Assembly: GCA_002269645.1 (NCBI GenBank)
Contig: NIVC01000620.1
Location: 1-64,000, forward strand
Direction of reading: 5' to 3'
Source: Macrostomum lignano
Taxonomy: Eukaryota
DNA length: 64,000 nt
Below the pieces are notes generated by a model. That model had not been told where the DNA came from, made no database searches, and was given only the letters and a program-made list of their open reading frames with translations. This document shows positions 34,426 through 48,375 of the stretch, in pieces (position 1 is the first letter of the stretch; each line of letters starts with the position of its first letter). The translations under genes and the position numbers were made by a program.

Positions 34426-35109
34426 CATCAGAATGGGTGCGGCTAATAATTGATGCAACCGCCGGATTGATTGGCGTTAAGGCATCGGGAGCTGCTGCAG
34501 TGGATTTGCGGTGCAATCGCTTCTTCAGCCGATCGCTTCCACGCTTGAGCTGCTCACGACAAGCTTCTGCTCACAGTCTGCTCACAAACTGCTTTGACCG
34601 AAGGCCTGCCGGTGTCCTCGGTTCTGCCGAATAGCTTGGTCATCGCCTCTGTCAAAAAATTAATTGCATGGATTTTAGGTATAGTTAAATGAGTAAAAAG
34701 TATAAATGTGCTACTCATGATCAGAACTGATAGTAGTGCTTATAGCATTTATTTCTTTTCTCTGGTTTCGTTTCGTTTGATGTGTATATATCAAAAAGCT
34801 TACATTTATATGTTCTTTCGCTATCATAATTTTTTATGTAATGTATACAGCGGGCAGCCAGGATCGTTGGCCCTTCCGTCAAGGTGCCCTATAAGTATAA
34901 CCTTAGCACCCGCCGGGTCACTGGTGGACTTGCCTTTGCACATAAACTTCTCCTAGGTCGTGGCTCCGAAGAGCTTAAACTTCTCCTTCCATCTCTTATC
35001 CAGAATCCAGAAGTCTAGCTATGGCTTTCGTTCAAATAACTGCCTGTATGAATTCACCTTAAAAATTCCCTTCTATGGAACAGAAGTTCGAAAACGTCCA
35101 GATGTGATG

Positions 35110-36200
35110 CTAATCCATCCAGAGGTGGATTAGCAGCCAGTTTGCAATGCTTTCAAATGGGGAAAGTCTAAAATGACCCACTTTGATTTGTGAAGCCCGA
35201 GATGAAACCTCCGTTCTGACTTTTCACACAGACCTTGGGCATCCAGTGCGCAGTCAATCGGAGAAAGAAACATAGCCGAGGGACTTTTAGTTTTTCAGAT
35301 ATCCAGAGGCGGATTAGCAGGTCTGAGAATGCCCGCTTGCGATTTGTGAAGTTTGAACTGATCCCACAGTTCTGACTTTTCACACAGACCTTGGGCATCC
35401 AGTGCGCTATCAATCAGATAAAAAACCATTGCCGAGTGACTTTTAGTTTTTCAGATATCCAGAGGTGGATTAGCGGCCAATTTCCAATGCTTTCAAATGG
35501 GGAAAGTCTAAAATGACCCACTTTGATTTGTGAAGCCCGAGATGAAACCTCCGTTCTGACTTTTCACACAGACCTTGGGCATCCAGTGCGCAGTCAATCG
35601 GAGAAAGAAACATAGCCGAGGGACTTTTAGTTTTTCAGATATCCAGAGGCGGATTAGCAGGTCTGAGAATGCCCGCTTGCGATTTGTGAAGTTTGAACTG
35701 ATCCCACAGTTCTGACTTTTCACACAGACCTTGGGCATCCAGTGCGCTATCAATCAGATAAAAAACCATTGCCGAGTGACTTTTAGTTTTTCAGATATCC
35801 AGAGGTGGATTAGCGGCCAATTTCCAATGCTTTCAAATGGGGAAAGACTAAAATGACCCACTTTGATTTGTGAAGCCCGAGATGAAACCTCCGTTCTGAC
35901 TTTTCACACAGACCTTGGGCATCCAGTGCGCAGTCAATCGGAGAAAGAAACATAGCCGAGGGACTTTTAGTTTTTCAGATATCCAGAGGCGGATTAGCAG
36001 GTCTGAGAATGCCCGCTTGCGATTTGTGAAGTTTGAACTGATCCCACAGTTCTGACTTTTCACACAGACCTTGGGCATCCAGTGCGCTATCAATCAGATA
36101 AAAACCATTGCCGAGTGACTTTTAGTTTTTCAGATATCCAGAGGTGGATTAGCAGCCAGTTTGCAATGCTTTCAAATGGGGAAAGTCAAAAATTATCCAC
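35110..36200. repeat. 340-bp tandem repeat (~3.2 copies) built of two related ~170-bp subunits
   Basis: Identical 81-aa ORFs recur at 35168, 35508 and 35848. Each unit contains ttctgacttttcacacagaccttgggcatccagtgcgc twice. Confidence 0.95.
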
Positions 36201-37274
36201 TTTGATTTGTGGAGCCCAAGTGGAGCCCATTATCCGAGGGTTTGTCACCGCAGTCCTCGAAATTCACGCAGACTTCCACTCTTGTGGTGGTAGTGATGGT
36301 CTCCAGATTTACATCGGGGCCAATTTGCGAAGTCTTGGTGACCGTTTCGGTTGGCTCCCAGCTACATGTAAATGGGTCGCAGAAGTTCGCCCGTCCTTTG
36401 AAAGCCTGCTTCCACGTGCTTCTGCTTCCAGTCGCATTGTCGTCGGTGTCGTTCGTGTTGTTATTTGCATCGGCGAAGAACTCGCGGAATATGTCCTCGG
36501 CAAGCCACACACGCAGCGAAATCACGAATGTATGACAGTTGTAACATTTTGCTTTGTTATTTGCGGTAGCTTATACGAGAAGTAGAAGGGAAAACGAAGC
36601 GGGAATGCCACTGATAATGATAATTATCAACAACAATGACTACTGAAAATGCTTTTCGGGACAATTTTTTGCTGCCAATTCTACCGAGGCGCGGATCAAG
36701 GATTTTCCCCAGGGGAGCAAGCATATACGTCAGTGACCAATGTCCAGTTGAAACGCCCAACTCAAAGTGGAAAATGGAAATGAAAATTGAACAAAGTTTA
36801 TCTTACTGCTTTACTGTAAGTAGATAGGTGGGAGAAAAGGTGTGACAAGAAAGAAAAAAATTTTATGCTGACAAAAATTATTGCATTATGAATTCATGAT
36901 GCGTTTGCATCATTATTCGACAAAAATCGTTAATGGGCTCAATACACAAAGATTAAATAAATTTGTTACTTGTATGCTCGATCATCTCGCCTTAGCATCG
37001 ATTTTAACAAGAAAATTTGTCAACAATAAAACAGTGCGCCAAATAGTGCGCCTTGGGGATTGTAAAGAGAACTAAAATAAATAGAATTTTTTTTTGCTTT
37101 TATAAATTTGCAATCTCCAAAGCATCATGGTCCTCGCATTTCAGGGAAAATCAACCGCCTTTTTTATTGCATGAATGCAGTAAAAAAATTCTTCCCATAA
37201 TTGACGGGCGTACCCTGGCATACCCCTAGGCGTACTGCGCCCACAGTGCGCCCAAATTTTTTTTTCCCACTGGG

Positions 37275-37570
37275 AATGATGAGAGAGCAAAGACAAGAGA
37301 GAAAAGAGGTGAGGGAAGAGACGAGAGAAGAGGGGAGAGATGAGAGAGTAGAGGAGAGAGGAGAGGGGGAGAGAGGATAGAGGAGAGGAGAGAGAAAACG
37401 AAAAAGTAGAGAGGAGAAAGGAGAGGAAAGAGAAACGAAGTGACAAGAGATGAGATAAGAGAGATGAAAGAGAAGAGAGATGAGGGAAGATACGAGAGAA
37501 GAGGGGAGAGATGAGAGAGGAGAGAGGAGAGACGAGGGACGATAGAGATGAGAGGAAACAAAGAGACGAT
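37275..37570. repeat. purine-rich simple-sequence tract (right part)
   Basis: Same composition as 32580..33348, starting immediately after the right TIR. Confidence 0.9.
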
Positions 37571-38516
37571 AGAAATTTTAAAGGATCCAAGGGACGTAGG
37601 GAGATTCAGGGAGAGACCAGAGTTTAGCAATATATGTTTTAGAGTCAGACAGACATTGCCTGACATTCTGCGCAGTACCCCAGCCAACAATGTCTCAAAC
37701 CCTAATTTTACACGAATGTGCTCCATTTTATGTCTACCTCTATCCTACTAACTATTAACAAGTTTTTGTTTGTGTATGGCCTTAGATTTCAGAATACATG
37801 CAAAAGTAGTTCCGGGTATTGGAATTCCCCGGGTTCAAAATCCGCGGGTTTCGACAGCTTGTATAGCTATAATATAGAAATAACATTGTAAATTTGATTG
37901 CCTTGATACATGATATTTATTTAAATAGCAACTTAATGCATGCTATTACTTTAAACGTCCTGGCAAATGCACATTTTTGTACCTGTTAAATCTAGGAATA
38001 TCTGTCTTAGGCACCAACCCTATTGGAATAAATGTTGAAAACCTGCAGATGCATGCTTTAAAACTCACTTTTTTATTTTTATGCTCATGCAAAACAAAAT
38101 ATATGTATATGTAGCATAAATCAGTTTATATTTAGCCACTTTTTAGAGATTTTTAATTGGATGATTTTTTGGAATTGAAATTTACTCTTAAAAATTCTGA
38201 AATTTAGAAAATCGAAATTAAAATTTCAGAACATCTCTAAGCATTATAAATGACAAGTGTATAGGCCCCTTCCACAGAGGCATTAGGCCCTTCTATATAT
38301 ATTTATTTGCTGGAGAAGTAGCCAGCAGGAAAGGGCACTGTGCTTTAGTAAAATTTCAAAAATGCATTGGATGCCGTCTGTGGTTTTACAACTTTTTCCT
38401 ATAGGGGGCACCAAAATATGTTTATTGTGGTGTGCTTATGATACCTACCTACAGGTATATAGAAATATCAGCTGCTTTAGCTAATCGATTGACTTACTTG
38501 CAGATCAATTATAGAA

Positions 38517-41372
<2,856 letters not shown>

Positions 41373-42549
41373 TTTTGAGATGAACTGACGGCTCCTTCAG
41401 CTGATCCCCATGCTGTTGGAAAAGTAGCTGAACATTTTATACTGCTTAGCCTGGCTTATTTCAGTTATATGGATATTTATAGTCTGCAGGTGTGCGTATT
41501 TTGATTCTAAATATTTGTGTTTCACGAGATTCACAGCCATTAGGGTCAAGCCTAAGACACAGAAGCCGCTGTACACCCCGAGTGAGCGCTCTGTATGAGT
41601 ACAGCACTGCGTACAAACAAAATCGTTCGACCTTTTTAAAACGATGTCTAAATTGTCAAATAATGGACCCCTGAATTGAGATGTGTTTGTGCAATGTGCA
41701 TGCTTTGATAGTAATCCTTGAAATTTTTATTTGTATTCAAGACTGAGAATTGCCAGTGCTTGTAGTTTTTAATAAACATATTTCCAGCTTCCAAATTTGA
41801 ACTTTTATTTCTTAATTCACATAAGCAGACAGACTTTGACTTGCATGATTGATTTATTATTTTACTAGTGTCTATTCAATTTTTAAACAGCATTCTCGTT
41901 GCATGCTACTTGCTTATTGGTCGGTAAGTAGTTGGACTTAAATAAAATATTCTATGGTAATCAAGAACAGTAATCAGTGATTTTCTTATCTTAAATGGCT
42001 TCTTTTTGTTCTTGGCTTACTCGGGTCAGCAATCTGCTCTCAACTCTATTTTGCAAGTACCACACATTAATTTAATAATCTTACAATATTTGTTATTAAA
42101 AATTGTATTTTTGTACATTCGGAAATTCTAGTTACTCCCAAATGTACCCTGTTGTTCAATAATGATTTTCGCGAAAAAAAATTGTTTTAAGAAACATCCA
42201 GTGTTACGCAGTATTTTGACGGATCCATTCTATCTTTAACTGTTGATTTATGTTGTTTGTCTTGATTGTAAATTATTAATAAATCAAAGGTTAATTAATT
42301 TTATTCATATCTAATGCATGGAGTTTTACCGACAAAATGCTGCAAGTTTTTACAACTGCACTTTTTCATTTAAAAATATGCGTATATACTACTGTAAGTA
42401 GGTCACTATATGGTTCTCTTGTTTTGCTCGAAACAAAAAAATGTACAGTCTACCATTAGTAAGCGACATCAAAATATCGACTGAATTTTTTAATTCTACC
42501 GATAGAATACTACTATAAGTAGCATACTAAAATTTAAAAGCTAGAAAAA

Positions 42550-42670
42550 TAGAGATAGATTGATAGATAGAAGATAGATAGATAGATAGATGGATAGATG
42601 GTGAGATAAATGGATAGGTAGATAGATAGATCGATACTTGACGATTCATAATAGAATCACTAGATAGTTT
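42550..42670. repeat. degenerate (GATA)n tract
   Basis: gatagattgatagatagaagatagatagatagatagatggatagatg. Confidence 0.85.
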
Positions 42671-42815
42671 TCTTGTTTTACTCCAAACATTTAAAAATAA
42701 TATTCAAGAAGTCTACTATTAGTAGGCAACATCAAAACATGTAAAAAAATTTTGTTACTACTAACAGAAAGCTACTAAAAGTACCACACAAAAATTTTAA
42801 AATAAAAACTTTCAG

Positions 42816-45800
42816 ACAACACCAGAGCAGCTGCAATGCCGCACAGTGTGCGGCCAGGGCGCCGTTCGTTGCGTCAGATTTAACGCCGACGGCAATTACT
42901 GCCTTACTGGCGGCGCGGACAAGTCTTTGAAGCTGTGGAATCCAGCCAAATCCCTGCTGCTCAGGTCGTATCTTGGCCACGGTCAGGAGGTGTTGGCTGT
43001 GGCCTGCGCCTGCGACAATGCCAATCTGGCTAGCGGGGGCGAGGATAAAATGGTGGCTTATTGGGACACGGCTAGCGGTACCGCCGTGCGAAAGTGAGGG
43101 CTTAGAGGCTTTGCTTTTTAAGTGTCTTCTGTTTGTTCTAGAAAGGCCAGTCTATCTTAGAGAATCTCCAGGCATCTATAAGACTCTCCAGTCATATGAG
43201 AATTTCAGTCATCTATAAGAGTCCCCAGTCCATCTATAAGAGTCCCCAGTCCATCTATAAGAGTCCCCAGTCCATCTATGAGAGTCCCCAGTCCATCTAT
43301 GAGAGTCTCCAGTCATCTATGAGAGTCCCCAGTCCATCTATGAGAGTCCCCAGTCATCTATGAGAGTCCCCAGTCCATCTATGAGAGTCCCCAGTCCATC
43401 TATGAGAGTCCCCAGTCCATCTATGAGAGTCCCCAGTCCATCTATGAGAGTCCCCAGTCCATCTATGAGAGTCCCCAGTCCATCTATGAGAGTCCCCAGT
43501 CATCTGAGAATCTCCAGTCATCTACCGGTATAAGACTTCTTTAAGTCTACATATGTATTTAGACATATGCATAAGAGTCCATACGCACTGTTGTGTCTAA
43601 GTCCTACGATGTTCTCCAGTCCATGTACTGCAGTAGTTATACGCTGAGTCCTTCATGCCATTTAAATGTCTCTTTTATCCCAATAAATGCTGCATCGAGT
43701 CCTCCCCACCTGTCCACCTGCCTGCGCAGATACCGCAGCCACCTGGCTCGAGTTGGCGCATTGGACTTCAGTCCGGACGCCACCCTGCTGGCCAGCAGTG
43801 TTGGGCACTTCCGTTACCGAGTAACTTGCAAATGGTAACGCAAGTTACTTTTTCGTAAAGCGTTCCTTACGCAAGTTACTTTTTTATTTTAGTAACGGAG
43901 TAACGGTAAGTTACTCAAATTTCGGAAGTCCGTTACAGTTACTTTGCAACAATCGCAATATTTAAATTAAAAACTGAAATGCTTAGCTAGTACGCCGGTT
44001 GTCACATGTTTTTGCATTTTTCATTCATAAATTCAAAATTAAGTGAATAGTATCATATGGTATTGCGTTTAATTAATGAAGAAATACTTGAAACATGTTT
44101 TACTTTGTTAATATTGGTAAAATATTTTCGCCTTTCATTGAGGCTTTTCATATTACCAATTCCAGAATCAGAATCGGTTCGGATCTTCCAAGAAAAACAG
44201 CAGTATAACTATTTAATTCTGTTGAATGTTTGACTGCCTTAACAACCTCACATAGCACAATTTTTCACTTTCTTCTTAGCGATTTTCATTCAATAATAAA
44301 AACTTTATAGCACGTATCTCCCTCTAGTTATGGAGACAAAAAGTTATACTTCACAAATTGGTTCTGATTCTGGAACCAGAACTAGCTATATGAAAAGGCC
44401 CATTTTCGTTACTAAAAATTTTCAAGTTTGATTCAAACAAACAACCAAAGAAAGAAATTCATCTGTAGCCTCCACAAGTCCCTCCACTGGCACTGCAGTA
44501 CACTACACCATTTTATACAGTTCTATTTATTTTACTCTATTGAATTATTGATATTCGTTTATTTTATCATTTATAATTTTAATTATTGATTGCCATTGCC
44601 CATTGGTCCTTCTATTTGCCTCACATCGTGTCGCCAATTCCTGTCTCTGTCTGTTAATCGGTTAATCCCAATGCCCAATGGCAAATTTCGGTAACAACAA
44701 TGTGAAAAAATGTGCAATGTGAAAAAAGCAGAAAATTTTGTTAATAACATGGGTAACGGAAGTGAGTAACGGACAGTAACTTAAAAGTTACCAGGTTTTT
44801 GTCTAAAGTTACTAGGCTAACGTAAGTTACTTTTTAAAAATTGGTAACTTAAGTTACAGTAACGCAAGTTACTTTTTTTAAGTAACTTGCCCAACACTGC
44901 TGGCCAGCGGTTCAGTGGACTGCACAGTCCGCCTGTGGGATCTGCGCAGTAAAGCTCAAGCGCCTGTGCAGCTGCTCACCGATGCCAGGGACTCCGTCAC
45001 GGCGGTGGCTGTTCACTCCTGGCGAATCTATACGGCTAGTCTGGATGGACGCTTGCGCTGCTACGATGCCAGGAAAGGTGCCGTTGCTGAGGGGCTTTGG
45101 TTTGAAATCTGTTTTGTTAAAAAGTATATATGTGCCATTTGGTGTACATGTAGACCTCACAAGGACCGCTGTTCATTCCTGCGTCAGTCAGGATCGTGAG
45201 CCGATTGGGAAGAATGGCCCTCAGCGCTACCTGTGGACGATGCGCCGAAGGCAGTCATTATTTAAGAGAGCTGGGCCTGACCTCAAATCAAGCTTGAGTA
45301 TTTCGAAATGAGACTCATGACTTTGATTTGCGATTTGTAAACAACTTTTCTCTTTTGCTACGCGCAGTGTCTCTTTCCTTATCAGTTCTACCATAGTTTA
45401 CTTTGCAGGGCAGTTGTACTCGAGCAGTGTCTCAGATCGAGGCAACAGCCGAGCCATAAATGAACCCCGCAGGCCGCCTCGCAGAGGACAATCTGTGCAA
45501 GCCTCTGATCGGCCTGTGCGCCACCCGCGATGGCCGGTGCATTCTGGCCAGCTGCTCCGATGCCAGACTCCGCCTCATCGACCGGGACACTGGCGACCTG
45601 CTGGCCAGCTACTCGGGTCACAGCGTGGCCGATCTGTCAGTTGAATGCGACGTGTCCGCGGGAGACTCGCTGGTTCTGTCCGGCTCGGCTGGCGGCTCTG
45701 GCGAGCTGATCTGCTGGGATCTGCTCAGCGGCGAGCTGCGGTGCAGGCTGAGGCATCCCGCAGCTGAGCCCGCCAGGGCTGGAGTCAGGACTCAGGCTTC

Positions 45801-45915
45801 GGTGGTGCAGTCTGTGTCGGCTCATCCGAAACTGTGCAGAGTTCTCACCGCGATGGGCGATGCCGTGTTCTTGTGGGCAGATCCGGCCCATGCTATCGCT
45901 GATGAGCCTCAGTGA
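42816..45915 (+). CDS. WDR83: WD repeat domain-containing protein 83 (MORG1), interrupted by a transposon
   Basis: Exons 42816-43093 (CGQGAVRCVRFNADGNYCLTGGADKSLKLWNP), 43730-43795 + 44908-45077 (YRSHLARV..LLAS/GSVDCTVRLWDLRS..ARDSV..SLDGRLRCYD) and 45473-45915 (RDGRCILASCSDARLRLIDRDTGDLLASYSGH..VVQSVSAHP..LTAMG). These track the WDR83 sequence known from vertebrates. The start codon was not located (upstream exon). Confidence 0.92.
43190..43520. repeat. 21-bp minisatellite in a WDR83 intron
   Basis: ccagtccatctatgagagtcc about 15 times, with 20-bp variants. Confidence 0.95.
43796..44899. mobile_element. 1104-bp non-autonomous hAT-type transposon inside a WDR83 coding exon
   Basis: TIRs CAGTGTTGGGCA / TGCCCAACACTG; perfect 8-bp TSD CTGGCCAG (43788-43795, 44900-44907); many subterminal GTAAC/GTTAC motifs. 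Confidence 0.95.
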
Positions 45916-46549
45916 CCTCTCGTGTCGTCTAGTGAAGTTTTTAATAAACTGCATTTTTCTAGTATTTCTGCTGTCTGTGCAGACTAAATTTATCCTTTGC
46001 TGTAATGTACTGTGCTATTACAAGTGGAGCTATGGCGTTTCTCAATAAAACCTAATGATTATCGTTTTCATATTTAGAAAATAGCAAGCAAGCAATTTTT
46101 TTCATTTTTTGTATATTTGGATTTAAGGCTGGCTCAGGCTCAGCTGCTTTAGTTTAGGAACTCTCTAAATATATGATTGTTGAAGCAGTATTTTTAGATT
46201 TTGTGTTTTAAACAGGAAACATCAGAGTGAAATAGTGACAAGACTACAAATTGATGAGTGACAAGGCAGCTACAAATCGTTGTTGCTCAGTGCTACTACA
46301 ACTTGATATCAGTTACAGGGCTACAACAAATTAATACGAATGACAAGACTACTATGGATTTGAAATAGTTCAAATGGCTACTAAAAGTTTATTAGGTTGA
46401 AAGAGCTGCTACTCCAGTCGTTTCTCGTCGTGATGGTCGAGTGTCTCTGGCACCGCCGCGCGATGCTATGGTTTCACATTCATGTTTATGTTTATCTTAA
46501 TATGCATAATGACGTTCATCGCCATATTCATATTGACCTTCATATTCAT

Positions 46550-48375
46550 CTTCTTCTTCTTCTTCTTCTCCGTTTATCGCCTTGCGGCGTGGAGTGAACA
46601 GCGTCAGGCTTCACCGCAAGTGCGTTTGTGTCGCGCCATGTTTGTCGCCGATAACGTTCTTCCGCACTTGTCGCATTCTGCTGTCTTCCTTCGGTATTTT
46701 CTTGCTCTTCTCTTGTTCTCCTCCATCTCCGGTGGATTGTGGTGTTGTTCTTTACATGTCTTTCTGTGCCTCGCTAGGTTCGATTTTACGATTGTGCTTC
46801 CACATTGCTGACATTTTACTCTTGACGCATCTATTTCCGTCTCGCCTTGGCACACCTTCTCATGGTTTGCCAGGGTCGCTTCCTGTCGGAACTCCTTGTC
46901 GCATTTGTGGCATCTGAATTTCACCGGCTCTTTAAACACGCGATGCATCCTCTTTTGGTGGATGGTTAGTCCGCCCTTGCTTTTACACACTTTGCCGCAG
47001 AGTTCGTATTCGCATTTGAAGCCATCTCCAACCTCTCTCGGGTTCGTTTTTACGTGGTACCGTTCTTGACTTCGTTCGATCAGGCTGTTGTTACTGTCCG
47101 TCTTGGCCTTTTTTCCTTGCACTCTCTCCCACTCTTGTAGGTGTACAGTCCGCTGGTGTACTACGTTCCGCCAGTGTTTCCTGTCTAGAACGTGGCGTTC
47201 GATGTCTTGCGGTTCCATACCGGCTTCCCGGATGAGGCGCTTCCAGTAGGATATGGTGTTGTTTTTCCGTTTTTTGCGCTTAGGGATCCTTTCCAGGCCT
47301 CTGTACCACCCTAATACGGCTTGCTTTATTTGTCTGTCGTCTTCCATCCGTAGGACGTGGCCAATCCTTTTTAGGTGACTTTTCTCAATCTTTGTTCTTA
47401 ATGACACAACACCTAGTTCGTTGCGGATATCTTGCATATTTACTCCTAGGCTTTCCATTTCGCGCAGCGGTTCCATTCTCTTGTTGGACCAAATGTTGCG
47501 GTATGTTTTGTCGATGAACTGTTGCATTTTTTTGATTTCGCCGAGCAGGAACGGGCGGGTGTTCGCATGGAACAGGAGTACACTTTCCACGCACGCCTCG
47601 ACCACTTTAGCTTGTGTGGTCTTTTTCAGGCGGCATCGATGGAACCTTTTCCTGATCGCATTCCACGCTTTGGCGGCTCTCTGGATTCTTTGCTGTGTGT
47701 CGTATCTCCTATCCATCCACGACCCTAGGATGCGAGTTTTACCTCCGACGGATGTTCCTAGGGCCATCTCCTCCTGTTTCTCGTCATTTGTCAGTTCTTC
47801 GAACTTCTTCATATTCTCTTTGGTCGTTGTTAGGCTTCTCGTCAGTTCTCTGCCATTGCCTAGGATGGTGGTGTCGTCTGCAAAGAGCGATGAGGTCCAC
47901 TTGACCGTTCGCATCTCCGAGTTGTACTGGTTGATTCTCTGAGGTGGCAAGGAGTGTCCAGGTAAGTACGTCCATTCCACCCCGCAGCTTAATCCTCTGC
48001 TGGCCGCTTCTGTCTCCCGAGTTTCTTCCGCTTTCCTGATGCTCGCCTGGTGGTAGATGTTAAATAATATCGGGGAAGTTGGGCATCCCTCGCGTAAGCC
48101 TCGCTCGGGTAGCCATGTTTCGCTTGATTTCTCCTTGCCTTGCACTTTATACGCGGTATGTTCATGCAGGTCTTTCAGTTTTTCGATCGTCTCTTGCGGC
48201 ATCTTGTACGCTTGGAGGATTCCCCACAGGATCGGCTTGCACACTCTCGGATATGCCTTACGGAGGTCTAGGAGGATTGCCGTTTCTGTGTCTTCGATGT
48301 TGCAGTCTCCTGATGCTCTTTTTGTTTCCAGGTACTCGGCAATGTCCTCGTGCATCCTGGTGAATATCTGTGCGT
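46550..48375 (-). mobile_element. 5'-truncated RTE-like non-LTR retrotransposon with C-terminal zinc fingers and (AAG)n tail
   Basis: LLDLRKAYPRV, GLREGCPTSPILFNIY, LFADDT (RT); four C-terminal Cys/His fingers (for example CGKVCKSKGGLTIHQKRMH); stop at 46604; (TTC)n at 46550-46569 on the + strand. No endonuclease or early RT motifs. Confidence 0.9.

Larger units (their letters stand above)
33349..37274 (-). mobile_element. 3.9-kb non-autonomous DNA transposon with CCCAG termini (CMC/EnSpm-like)
   Basis: Left CCCAGAGGGAAATTTTGGG; right end reverse complement CCCAGTGGGAAAAAAAAATTTGGG; shared gtacgccta.gggta and gtgcgcc subterminal motifs; AA on both flanks (2-bp TSD); interrupts one purine tract. 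No transposase ORF seen. Confidence 0.7.

Noticed and set aside
36685-36800. MITE starting gaggcgcggatcaaggatttt
   Set aside because: Resembles one end of a small hAT-like element, but no matching second end or TSD was found.
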